Positions 19,901-28,547 of a DNA stretch of 64,000 nt are shown here, piece after piece. This stretch comes from Caldisericota bacterium (GTDB lineage Bacteria > Caldisericota > JANLFM01): assembly GCA_024655865.1 (NCBI GenBank), contig JANLFM010000002.1, forward strand, positions 74,405 to 138,404. Reading direction: 5' to 3'. Position 1 is the first letter of the stretch, and each line of letters begins with the position of its first letter. The notes under the pieces are model-generated. The model was not told where the DNA came from. It saw only the letters and a program-made list of their open reading frames with translations, and did not search any database. A program made the translations under genes and the position numbers.

Positions 19901-20046
19901 TTTTAGAAGGTGAGATAAACGAGCGCGACGGAGAGCGGAGCCTGGTGGTCAAGGATCTAAAGGCTTTGAACTTCCACAAGAAGGGAACACCCCTTTTGAG
20001 CGATAATTATTATGTGCACAGATTAGGGGGTATAGTTACAGGATGA
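16954..20046 (+). CDS. dnaE2: Error-prone DNA polymerase III alpha-like (DnaE2/ImuC-type); probable GTG start (ORF-track start 16867)
   Basis: PHP domain start KFVHLRVHSDGSLLDS and polIII alpha core motifs. ~1030 aa, shorter than replicative DnaE. AGGAGA RBS before GTG at 16954. 4-nt overlap with the downstream dinB. Confidence 0.8.
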   Translation: MKFVHLRVHSDGSLLDSTFTPERLVREAQKLKMETLALTDRDSLLRAVDFFRAASAYGVRPILGLELSYFRKEPSSRPYKILLFVENEQGYGNLISLLNQAHLKIKPGIPPQAELSEILRKNDGLCALSGWRESEAGKLLLEGNLEGASRALAELKEAFGQRLFLELQWHGEEEERKILKGLLCLSKNLNIPPVATNDVHYLLPSEERLYRILSCIRTLTRLGEPHPEKGGTKNRHLRSEKEMEMAFSFCPQALHNALVLSERLRFSFPPYTLRLPRSGRTVEQENAFLRELCLKKLPCFYAYSELEYARQRLEYELHLIQEMGYAGYFLLVYDLVEEARKRDIYVLGRGSAASSLVSYLLGITFVDPVKENLLFERFLNPARLNDPPDIDLDIERERREELMDYVRQKYGEDRVVHVGGLSTFRLQGALREVGKAVGRTKEEIDYFQENLQFKKAQSQEGLRWLEYAQALEGLIHHVTMHPSGFVITRKPVQEEVPLIITPEGVSTQYDMRALARLGFLKMDFIGSRNLSMIQETKRLLSSNWLREIPLEDRATWEMIARGETIGCFQLESPGMRSLLRKLKPKNIGDLTVALSLYRPGPIQGGMVESYIRRHHGKEPESFLHPLLKPILQETHGVILYQEQVMRIACEIGGFSMAEADVLRKAMSDKAEAVLTSMRERFLQGAVTKGVTAEIAQKIYDFLEKFAGYGFNKAHSASYAIISYQTAYLKRNFPREFFSVLLSTEQGYYQPFVYAEEARRLGVPILLPDINRSQKRCTVENGGIRLGLSYIKDLGPSQIEEIIARKPQGGFRSFEEALHLLYQYLDRRAFEALIKAGSMDSFGLTRPTMLASLPYLFRRLREKPALMEFREAQPAFSLCPLPQEEVRESWEFTGVYAPSHPLQVYKDKLTSYLTDASLKVKDLPRGSKIRAASLLTLARLEKTKTGKRIGFLTLEDLGGQWEAILFPEELSRFFHLLRARSLLLLEGEINERDGERSLVVKDLKALNFHKKGTPLLSDNYYVHRLGGIVTG

Positions 20047-21209
20047 AGAAAAGGCGAATCATCCACGTGGATATGGATGCCTTTTTTGCCTCTGTGGAGG
20101 AATTGGACAATCCCTTCCTCAAAGGGAAGCCCGTGATCGTGGGTGGTCACCAGACGAAAAGGGGAGTGGTCTCTTCCGCCAATTACCTGGCGCGTTCCTA
20201 TGGAGTGAAAGCCGCCATGCCCCTCTGGCAGGCAAAACAACTCTGTCCTCAGGCCGTGTTTCTTCCGGTTCGCATGCACCGTTATGCGGAAATCTCCCGA
20301 AGGTTCCTCGAGATCTTCTTCGATTACACTCCTCTTGTGGAGCCCATGGGCTTCGACGAGGCCTATCTGGATGTCACGGGCTCTGAGCACCTTTTTGGCC
20401 CTGCACTGGAAATCGGCAAGGAAATCCAGAGGAGAGTAAAGGAGGAGATCGGCCTTTCCTGCTCGGTGGGGATATCCTATAACAAATTCCTGGCCAAGAT
20501 CGCTTCCGGGTGGAAGAAACCAGGAGGGCTATTTCAAATTCTCGAGGAGGATGCTCTGGATTTCCTTGAAGAGCTTCCCCTGGAGGAGCTCCCCGGAGTT
20601 GGTTATGCCACTAAGGAGCGCCTGGAGCGCATGGGCTTAAGAAAAGCAGGAGAACTACGCCAGGTTCCCCTGGAGGTTCTGGAAGCGGAGTTCGGCAAAA
20701 TGGCTTTAGAGCTCCTGGCCTATGCCCAGGGGATCGATGACCGGCCCGTTACCCCTGTCTCTGAGAGAAAATCCATAGGGGAAGAGTGCACTTTCGCACA
20801 AGATATCAGTGATCCGGAGAGGCTCCTTATGATACTCCTGGAGATGACGGATAGGCTGGCCAGGTACCTGAGACAGGAGGGCTTCCGCGCTCAGAGGGTA
20901 ACGGTGAAAGTTCGCTTTCCCAATTTTAAGACCATCACCAGATCGGATACTCTGCCCCAGCCCACAGATGTAAACGATGAGATTTATCAGGCAGCAAAAA
21001 GGCTCTTCCTGAAGTCCCTTCCCGGTAGGGTGCGCCTCTTGGGACTGAGCCTCTCAGGGCTCGTCAAAGTGGAGGAACTTCTTCTTTTTCCGGAAGATAA
21101 AAAAGTTAAGGATGAATCCCTGGTTAAAGCCCTCGACAAAATCCAGGAAAAGTACGGTGAAGGAGCCATCGAGAGGGCCTTGAGGCTGAGAGGAAAAAGA
21201 AAAGGGTAA
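20043..21209 (+). CDS. dinB: Y-family DNA polymerase IV (DinB)
   Basis: IHVDMDAFFASVE catalytic motif (Asp/Glu retained); 388 aa. Confidence 0.85.
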   Translation: MKKRRIIHVDMDAFFASVEELDNPFLKGKPVIVGGHQTKRGVVSSANYLARSYGVKAAMPLWQAKQLCPQAVFLPVRMHRYAEISRRFLEIFFDYTPLVEPMGFDEAYLDVTGSEHLFGPALEIGKEIQRRVKEEIGLSCSVGISYNKFLAKIASGWKKPGGLFQILEEDALDFLEELPLEELPGVGYATKERLERMGLRKAGELRQVPLEVLEAEFGKMALELLAYAQGIDDRPVTPVSERKSIGEECTFAQDISDPERLLMILLEMTDRLARYLRQEGFRAQRVTVKVRFPNFKTITRSDTLPQPTDVNDEIYQAAKRLFLKSLPGRVRLLGLSLSGLVKVEELLLFPEDKKVKDESLVKALDKIQEKYGEGAIERALRLRGKRKG

Positions 21210-21271
21210 AGCTCTGGGTAACTTAAAGGGTCGGGCAAAATTTTCTTTGCTTTTTGGTTTAAAATTAAATC

Positions 21272-22342
21272 ATGCAGGAAGATGTTAATCTCGATCGGCC
21301 AGAAGCTTTAAGAGCACAGGACCCCGGCGGAATGCTGGGTGTAACCTATCACACGGCAGAGGGAATCGAGGAGATCCTTTCCCTCGGTCGTCAGCTGGAA
21401 AATGAAATCCCTCGCTTAAAGTTTACCCGGACCATCTTTCTGGGAACCGGAGGGGGCTCACGGGCGGCTCTCGATCTCTTGCACTCGTATCTTTTCCACT
21501 CCTTCCCCTACCCTTTCTATATTTATCAGGGATACGGTCTGCCCGGATTCGTGGACAGCGAAACCTTAGTCCTCATCCTCAGCCATTCCGGGGAGACAGA
21601 GGAGAGCCTCTCCCACTTCGAAGAAGCTCGAAGAAAAACTGAGAAAATTCTCGTTATTTCCGGTGGCGGCACGCTCACTCGACTGGCGCAGAAGCACGGG
21701 TTCTTTTGCTTCCCGGTACCCGTGGGAATGGAGGCCAGATCCGCCATGCCCTATTTGTTCTTTGCCGCCCTTTTTCTGCTTTCCAAGCAAGGAATTCCCT
21801 TGGATGAGGAGGAAATCCAGGAGGCCGTTTACACCTTGAAGATGGAAAGGGAGCTTTTAAAGGAGGAAATTCCCCTTTCCAGTAACCCGGCGAAAACTCT
21901 GGCTCTGAAATTAAAAGGGTTAATTCCTTTTATTTACGGGTCCTACGGGTTCTCCGATGCTCTTGCTGAAAGGTTCCGCAGGCAGCTTGCGGAAAATGCC
22001 AAGACGCTGGCACACGCTAATATCATTCCTAACATGCACCACGATGAGATAGTAGGATACGAGGAAAAAAGTCTCAGGGATAAGGTGATAGCGGTTTTAA
22101 TTAGAGACTTCCTAGAGGAAAAGAAAATTAAAAAAAGGTTTGAAGTAACAAAGGAAGTTTTAGGGGAAAGGGGGGTTCCCGTTTTAGAGGTTTATCCGCT
22201 GAATAAGGGCTCTAAGGTGGCGCGCCTGTTTTCTTTGATTCAACTTTTAGACTATACATCGATCTACCTTGCGCTCCTCAGGGGATTCAACCCGCGGGAA
22301 GTGGCCATTATCAAGCTCCTCAAAGAGAGAATGAAGGAATGA
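21272..22342 (+). CDS. SIS-domain protein, bifunctional phosphoglucose/phosphomannose isomerase family (archaeal-type PGI/PMI)
   Basis: Two SIS-like segments (GTGGGSRAA..., SHSGETEESL). Length and context with the ROK kinase downstream (4-nt overlap). Confidence 0.55.
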   Translation: MQEDVNLDRPEALRAQDPGGMLGVTYHTAEGIEEILSLGRQLENEIPRLKFTRTIFLGTGGGSRAALDLLHSYLFHSFPYPFYIYQGYGLPGFVDSETLVLILSHSGETEESLSHFEEARRKTEKILVISGGGTLTRLAQKHGFFCFPVPVGMEARSAMPYLFFAALFLLSKQGIPLDEEEIQEAVYTLKMERELLKEEIPLSSNPAKTLALKLKGLIPFIYGSYGFSDALAERFRRQLAENAKTLAHANIIPNMHHDEIVGYEEKSLRDKVIAVLIRDFLEEKKIKKRFEVTKEVLGERGVPVLEVYPLNKGSKVARLFSLIQLLDYTSIYLALLRGFNPREVAIIKLLKERMKE

Positions 22343-23280
22343 AAAGAGGGATTGGCATTGACCTGGGCGGGACAAAGATATTGGGAATCCTCATGGAGGA
22401 AGGCGGCAGGATTCTCCGGAAGGTTGATGGAAATACCGGGGATCCCTCTTCGGAAAAGGAAGTCCTCCGGAACCTGTTTTCAGTGATCGAAAGCCTGATT
22501 GAAGAGGGGCCTGTTTCCTCTATCGGCATTGGCTGTGCCGGACCAGACGATTTTGAAAACCAGGTCGTGGTCACCTCACCCAATTTGCCCTTCATCAAAA
22601 ATTACCCCTTAAAAAGGGTGGTGGAGGAGCGCTTCGTCATTCCCACTCTGGTGGATAACGATGTGAAAATGGCAGCCCTGGGGGAGCTAATTTTTGGCGA
22701 TGGCAAAGATCTACAGCCCTTTTTCTTCATCACCCTTGGAACCGGAATTGGTGGTGCCCTGGTCTCAGAAGGAAAAGTTTTCCGGGGGGTTTGCAACACC
22801 GCAGGAGAAATCGGACACACCGTCTTTGATTGGGCAAGTACAGAAAGGTGCGGATGCGGTAAATACGGATGTCTGGAAGTCCTTGCCTCCGGGACCGCAA
22901 TTCGCCGATACGTCCTTCGCGGTTTGGAATCCGGTCAACCTTCCGTCCTCCAGGGGGTTCCCCCGGAAAAGATCAACGCCAGATTAGTGGCGGAAAAGGC
23001 CAGAAAGGGCGATGAGCTTTCAAGGGAAGCTTATCTTAAAGCAGCCTACTGGATTGGGGTGGCCTTCTCCCATCTCGTCCAGATCCTCAATCCCCGGGCG
23101 ATCATCATTGGAGGAGGAATGAGTGAGGCCTGGGACCTGATGGAAGGAAAATGCCTGGATGTTCTGGCCTCCTTAACCATGGAGTTTCCCCTGAAGCACT
23201 TAGAAATCCGCAGGTCCCCTCTGGGAAATTTAGCAGGAGTGATGGGGGCTTGCTGGATGGGAATGAGTTCCATAAAATAG
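22339..23280 (+). CDS. ROK-family sugar kinase (glucokinase-like)
   Basis: GIDLGGTKI N-terminus and ROK zinc motif CGCGKYGCLE. Confidence 0.85.
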   Translation: MKRGIGIDLGGTKILGILMEEGGRILRKVDGNTGDPSSEKEVLRNLFSVIESLIEEGPVSSIGIGCAGPDDFENQVVVTSPNLPFIKNYPLKRVVEERFVIPTLVDNDVKMAALGELIFGDGKDLQPFFFITLGTGIGGALVSEGKVFRGVCNTAGEIGHTVFDWASTERCGCGKYGCLEVLASGTAIRRYVLRGLESGQPSVLQGVPPEKINARLVAEKARKGDELSREAYLKAAYWIGVAFSHLVQILNPRAIIIGGGMSEAWDLMEGKCLDVLASLTMEFPLKHLEIRRSPLGNLAGVMGACWMGMSSIK

Positions 23281-23322
23281 GGGCCACAAAAGGTGGCCCC
23301 TCAGCCTTTTTGCTGATTCGAT
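23281..23322. terminator. Intrinsic terminator (GGGGCCAC-AAAA-GGTGGCCCC hairpin + T tract)
   Basis: Perfect 8-bp hairpin followed by CAGCCTTTTTG; lies between the convergent ROK kinase and Dps-like genes. Confidence 0.6.
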
Positions 23323-23333
23323 ATCCGCTTTTC

Positions 23334-23822
23334 TTATTTGAACGACCTCAAATCCTCCAAGAGGACTTCCAGATCCTCCTCGTGCTCCACTTCATCTTCC
23401 AGAATCTCAATGAGCAAATGCATGGTCACAATGTCCTTGCCCTCAACGAACTGGATGAGTTTCTGGTAAGTGGAGATCGCGCATTGCTCGCCCTTAATGT
23501 TCTGGAGAAGCAATTTTTCAGTATCAGGATCCACAGGAGCATCGTAGCCACAATTTGTGAGTTTGTACCACTCCTCCGGTTTTAAAACCGGCGTACCTCC
23601 GAGCTGAATGATCCTCTTAGCAAGGATCTCTGCATGCTCAAATTCCTCCTTGGCGTGCTGGGAAAGCTCCTTCTCCACCTCACCGTGCATCCGACCTTTT
23701 ACAACCAGAGCACCAACCCAGTACTGGTAATAGGCCAGCCATTCGTCGGAAAGGGCTTTATTTAGAAGTTTGAGCAGTTCATCAAGTTTCACACCAACAA
23801 TCTCTCTCCCTTTGGTTCCCAT
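23334..23822 (-). CDS. Dps-family / ferritin-like diiron protein
   Basis: Ferritin-like four-helix pattern (EEFEHAEILAKRI, EDEVEHEED), 162 aa. Confidence 0.65.
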   Translation of the reverse strand: MGTKGREIVGVKLDELLKLLNKALSDEWLAYYQYWVGALVVKGRMHGEVEKELSQHAKEEFEHAEILAKRIIQLGGTPVLKPEEWYKLTNCGYDAPVDPDTEKLLLQNIKGEQCAISTYQKLIQFVEGKDIVTMHLLIEILEDEVEHEEDLEVLLEDLRSFK

Positions 23823-24587
23823 TTCTCTCTCCTCTCTAAAAAATTTCTTTTTGTTACTATTATAACTTTAAAAAACCATCAAATATTTCTTTTATAATTT
23901 GATCTCATTTAAAGAGGTGTGTGAAAAAGTTGTCATACTTTTTATACTGCAACCAGTTCCTCTTTCGAGTTAGCCCTGGGCTATAGTTCTCGCCCCCGAT
24001 ACCTTGTGCTCCAGTCTTTGATCATCAAGCATCTTTTTCTTTCCCTGTGGTGTTTTCTTTGAATTGGCACCAGCTGCACGTGCATGACCCAATTTTCGTC
24101 ACGTTTTCTGTGAGCGCGGATGAGTGGATCTCAGGGTAGGAATCGCTCATTTTTTTTACCGTCAGGGAGCAGTATGAGAGACTATAACTATCAGAGAAAG
24201 CCAGACTCCGCTTGTGGGGTTGCGCTGGGATTGGCGATCAAAAGAGTGATCTCCCCTTTGGCATTCTTTCCCGCAAGCAGCCATAAGGGCGAGAAATTGC
24301 TACCTGAAACTTGTAAGCTCAGCCGTTTGGGGTGGGCTGTGAGCTTAGACCAGAGGACTGGAAATAAGAGCTTAAGGAGCTCAAAAAAGAAAGCTTGAAG
24401 ACGGACTGTAAGGACTAGAGTAAAAAAGCCCGAAAGCAGGAACGAGAAGGTACTTAATGCTTCACTTGAGTGATTGGCTTTTATTTTCCTTACTTTCCCT
24501 TTCTGGAATAAAAGGAATATATAATAAATACCGTGGTTAAGAGGAGAAAGCGTCCTCAGCCCGCTTAAAATATCAGGAGGGATAAGG

Positions 24588-25955
24588 ATGAGAATCTTTT
24601 CTTCGCTGGGGCTTGATGAGATTTACTCTTTCAAGAAGAGCATCCGCTGGACCTTTATAATTCTAATGTGTATGTCAGTCATCCTCCTTGCGGATCAGAA
24701 CGTGATGTCCCCCAATATTCAAGCGATCGAAAACGAGTTTCAAATCACGGATCGGGAAATAGGCCTCGTGGGCTCGGCCTTCACCCTGGTAGCAGCTATC
24801 ATCACTCTGCTCTGGGGGTACCTATCGGACAAGTTCTCCCGAAAATGGCTGCTTGTTGCCGCCATCCTCGTGGGCGAAATCCCCTGCTTCCTCACGGGCT
24901 TTGCCAGGAACTACAACGAGCTTTTGACTTTGAGGATTTTAACCGGAATTGGAATTGGGGGCATGGTCCCGGTTACTTTCTCCCTTTTAGGGGACCTTTT
25001 TACGGAAAAGCAGAGGGCAACCGCCCAGGCCTGGTACCAGGCCGTCACTGCAGTGGGTACGCTCCTGGGAATGATTGTTGCTGGATTCCTGGGACCCGCC
25101 CTGGGATGGCGCATCCCCTTCATGGTGGTCTCCGCGCCCAATTTCCTTTTCCTTCTGGGTCTGGTCCTCTTCGGCGGGGAACCCAAAAGGGGAGGAGGGG
25201 AACAGGAAATCAAAGATTTAGTACTTTCAGGCAAGGAATATAAGTCCAGGCTCAAGGTCAAGGACTACATCAATTTAGTAAAGACCCCCTCCAACATCTG
25301 GCTTTTCATCCAGGGAATCCCGGGAACTGTGGCCTGGGGAATCCTTCCTTTTTACATCATCACCTTCTACCAGAGGCATAAAGGCTTCTCAGTGGAGCTG
25401 GGGACGATCCTGATGCTCGTTTTGGGAATCGGGGTGATCCTGGGTAAGCTCTTCGGTGGAATTATCGGCAACAAGCTTTACAACAAGGACAAGCGTTTGC
25501 TCCCGATATTCAATGGGGTAACCACACTCCTGGGGATTATTCCCTTGATGATCACGCTTTCCTGGCCCGCACCTCAAAATCCCACCTTTTCCTCCCTTAT
25601 CCCTCCTGCGGTTTTTGGCTTTCTGGGGGCGGCGATCATCGCCATCGCCGGGCCCAACGTTCAGGCCATGCTCATGAACGTGAACCCCCCGGAGTACAGG
25701 GGGGCGATTTCCTCCATTTTTAACCTGACTGACTCCATCGGTGCGGGCTTCGGCCCTTACATCGGTGGCCTCCTCTCCACAGCCAGGGACCTCGATTTCG
25801 CGATGAAGACCTCCACCCTTTTCTGGATCCCCTGTGGGCTTCTCTTCTTCGTTTTGATCAAATACCTCCCTCAAGATACTGAGAAACTGCGGCGCAAGAT
25901 GTCCGCAGTCCGCCAGGAAATGGAAAAGGGCAATGCCAGTGGAGCTGGTTTATAA
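24588..25955 (+). CDS. MFS transporter
   Basis: 12-TM topology, MFS motif G-x-L-S-D-K-F-S-R-K. Confidence 0.8.
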   Translation: MRIFSSLGLDEIYSFKKSIRWTFIILMCMSVILLADQNVMSPNIQAIENEFQITDREIGLVGSAFTLVAAIITLLWGYLSDKFSRKWLLVAAILVGEIPCFLTGFARNYNELLTLRILTGIGIGGMVPVTFSLLGDLFTEKQRATAQAWYQAVTAVGTLLGMIVAGFLGPALGWRIPFMVVSAPNFLFLLGLVLFGGEPKRGGGEQEIKDLVLSGKEYKSRLKVKDYINLVKTPSNIWLFIQGIPGTVAWGILPFYIITFYQRHKGFSVELGTILMLVLGIGVILGKLFGGIIGNKLYNKDKRLLPIFNGVTTLLGIIPLMITLSWPAPQNPTFSSLIPPAVFGFLGAAIIAIAGPNVQAMLMNVNPPEYRGAISSIFNLTDSIGAGFGPYIGGLLSTARDLDFAMKTSTLFWIPCGLLFFVLIKYLPQDTEKLRRKMSAVRQEMEKGNASGAGL

Positions 25956-27615
25956 GGGCGGAAGAGCGGCTCTCAAGGACCGGGAAATCCCCTTCCACGA
26001 TTCCCTGAGTCTGGATGGGCTGAAAATTCAGCTTTCTTTTGAAGAAGGGGAAATTCGGGGCACAGTCCAGGAAGAGAAGGAGCTATTCCTGGAAAGGGTG
26101 GGGCTGGAATTTGAAATCCAGGGGGAATACTCCTTTTTCAAAAATGGCTTTCAGTCCTGGTCGCCCTCTTTAGAGATAAAGAGGGAGCCTCCTCCACCCC
26201 GGATTCTGATCAAGGCTCTGGCCCTGCACTGGGACGATCCGGGGTATTTGAAGGAGATTTCCTATTTCCAGAAGTCCCACTTTCTCACCTACCTCAGGAG
26301 CGGAGATCAATATCTTTACCTTGAAGCGCAGGATCTGCCCATTCCCCTCGTGCACTTCCTCTTCCGGGGAAAAACTCTAAAAGTAGTCTCGGAGATCAGG
26401 CGCTCCGGCCCCAACCAGTTCACCTTTCTGGATTTAAAAATGGAGAGGCTTTCAGCCCTCCATCCCGCAAGGAAGAAAATGGAGCGCATTTTCGGTTGGA
26501 CAAGCTGGTACTATTACTATAACCGGGTGCGCCCGGAGGACGTCCTTTTAAACCTCGAGCTCTCGCGCAACTTTCCTTATCCCCTCACCTACTTTCAAAT
26601 CGACGACGGCTGGGAAAAAGCCATCGGGGATTGGGAGGAAAACGAGAAATTTAAAGGAAGGCTCCGGGAGCTTGCCTTAAAGATCAAGGACACAGGATAT
26701 AGACCCGGAATCTGGCTTGCTCCATTTATTGTGGAAAAGAAGTCCCGCACTTTCAAGCGCAGGGACTGGCTCCTGAAGGATGAATCGGGAAGATCTCAAG
26801 TTGCCGGGTTCAATCCTGTCTGGGGAGGGCACTTTTACGCTTTAGACCCCACTCATCCCGAAGTGCAAAGCTACCTCCGGGAGAGGATCGAAACCTTTCG
26901 GGAGATGGGCTTTGAGCTCTTCAAGATGGATTACCTCTATTCCCTGGCCCTCCAGGGAGAGCATTTCAAGGAGAACCTCTCCCGGAGGGAAGTGATCGAG
27001 GAGGGGTTGAGCCTCCTCAATTCTGCTTGCGGGGATGCCCCAATCTTGGGTTGCGGAGCTCCCCTCCTTACCTCCAGAGCCTACGATTTCCTGCGCATCG
27101 GACCGGATGTGGCGGATAAGTGGGAGGATAAGCTTATCCGCCTGGCAGGGCACATCGGGGGAGTGGAAGCGAAAAGCTGCTTGAGCAACACCCTTTCCCG
27201 CTTTTTCCTGGATGGCCGATTTTGGCTTTCTGATCCGGATGTGCTCATCTTACGAAGAGGGAAACTCAACCCGGAACAAAGCCGGACTCTGATCCTGGCT
27301 AATTTCCTCCTCTCTCATTTCCACTTTTACTCCGATCCTTTAGACATTGTTCCCAAAGAGAATCTCGAACTTTTGCGCACCCTCGAGCCCTTTTTGGATT
27401 TTTCCCCCGAGGAGGGAATTCCCGGAGAATACTTCACCTTCAGGGGAAAATCCGGGCGAAAAGAGGTTTTAGGATTTATCAACCTGAAATCCCGGTCTTT
27501 CGAGGTTAGGGTCGAGGAGGGATTCAAGGAAGTCCTCACAAGGGGAAGGGGAAATCTCCTGGGACCATTTCAGACCAGGGTATTCGCGAGGGAAGAGAGT
27601 GATATCGCGCTATGA
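25933..27615 (+). CDS. GH36-family alpha-galactosidase-like glycoside hydrolase (short, ~550 aa subtype)
   Basis: GWTSWYYYY and FQIDDGWE motifs typical of GH36/GH27 alpha-galactosidases. Confidence 0.65.
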   Translation: MPVELVYKGGRAALKDREIPFHDSLSLDGLKIQLSFEEGEIRGTVQEEKELFLERVGLEFEIQGEYSFFKNGFQSWSPSLEIKREPPPPRILIKALALHWDDPGYLKEISYFQKSHFLTYLRSGDQYLYLEAQDLPIPLVHFLFRGKTLKVVSEIRRSGPNQFTFLDLKMERLSALHPARKKMERIFGWTSWYYYYNRVRPEDVLLNLELSRNFPYPLTYFQIDDGWEKAIGDWEENEKFKGRLRELALKIKDTGYRPGIWLAPFIVEKKSRTFKRRDWLLKDESGRSQVAGFNPVWGGHFYALDPTHPEVQSYLRERIETFREMGFELFKMDYLYSLALQGEHFKENLSRREVIEEGLSLLNSACGDAPILGCGAPLLTSRAYDFLRIGPDVADKWEDKLIRLAGHIGGVEAKSCLSNTLSRFFLDGRFWLSDPDVLILRRGKLNPEQSRTLILANFLLSHFHFYSDPLDIVPKENLELLRTLEPFLDFSPEEGIPGEYFTFRGKSGRKEVLGFINLKSRSFEVRVEEGFKEVLTRGRGNLLGPFQTRVFAREESDIAL

Positions 27616-28529
27616 TTTTAACTTTGACCATCAACCTGGCAATTGACAAGGTGGCCATCCTGGAGAAGTTCGAGGCAGGAAAGGAAAACCGCATCCAGCT
27701 CGTCTCCTCCCTCCCTGGAGGGAAAGGGGCAAACGTTTCCCGGGCCCTGAAAAGCTTCAAGGAGGAAGTCTTGATCTGCGGACTGAAGGGTGGGAAAAAC
27801 GGGGAGTTCATCGAGGAGGGTTTAGTCAGAGAAGGAATCAACCCCATCCTTTTCCCCATCGAGGAAGAAAACAGGGTCTGCCTGATCCTGGTGGAAAAAT
27901 CGGGGGTTGTGACGGAAATTTACGAGGTGGGGCCAAGGATCGAGGAGGAGATCCAGGAAAAATTCCTGAACTTCTTCAGGGAGGTCTGGAAAGATTTTTC
28001 CTGGATCATAGTTTCAGGAAGCCTTCCTCCCGGTTTCCCTGAGGATTATTACGCCCGTTTGCTCAGGGGAAGAAGAGGCAAAAAGCTCTTCCTGGATTTC
28101 CACACCGGAGCCCTGCTCAAGGCCCTTGAGGAAGAGGTCTTCCTTCTGAAAATCAACGAGCGGGAATTCCTGAGGACATTCAAGGAGCCCGATCTCCTTC
28201 CCGCAATAAAAACCGTGATCGAGAAATTTCCCATTCAGTATCTAGTGGTGACCCTTGGGGAAAACGGCGTCCTGGGAGCGGATCAGGAAAAAATATACAG
28301 CATTACTTCCACCTATAAGCCTGGGGTGATCTGCCCGGTAGGCGCTGGGGATGCCTTTATGGGAGGTCTGGTGCACGCTTTTAAAGAGGGCAAGGATTTT
28401 AAAGAGGCGCTGCTTCTGGCAACGGCGGCCTCGATTTCCAACGTGACCCTTTACGAAGGAGGAAGGGTTAATCCCGAGGAGTTCGAAAGAATCCTGAAAG
28501 GAAAATATCTCCAGATTGAGATCTTATAA
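27612..28529 (+). CDS. PfkB-family sugar-phosphate kinase (1-phosphofructokinase/tagatose-6-P kinase-like)
   Basis: ILTLTINLAIDK start and C-terminal GAGDAFMGG motif of PfkB/FruK/LacC. Confidence 0.75.
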   Translation: MILTLTINLAIDKVAILEKFEAGKENRIQLVSSLPGGKGANVSRALKSFKEEVLICGLKGGKNGEFIEEGLVREGINPILFPIEEENRVCLILVEKSGVVTEIYEVGPRIEEEIQEKFLNFFREVWKDFSWIIVSGSLPPGFPEDYYARLLRGRRGKKLFLDFHTGALLKALEEEVFLLKINEREFLRTFKEPDLLPAIKTVIEKFPIQYLVVTLGENGVLGADQEKIYSITSTYKPGVICPVGAGDAFMGGLVHAFKEGKDFKEALLLATAASISNVTLYEGGRVNPEEFERILKGKYLQIEIL

Positions 28530-28547
28530 TGGAGAAGGAGGAAGAGA

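Noticed and set aside
24120-24398. 92-aa ORF in the long Dps/MFS intergenic region
   Set aside because: No RBS; Ser/Arg/Lys-rich low-complexity product. More likely noncoding (see sRNA candidate).
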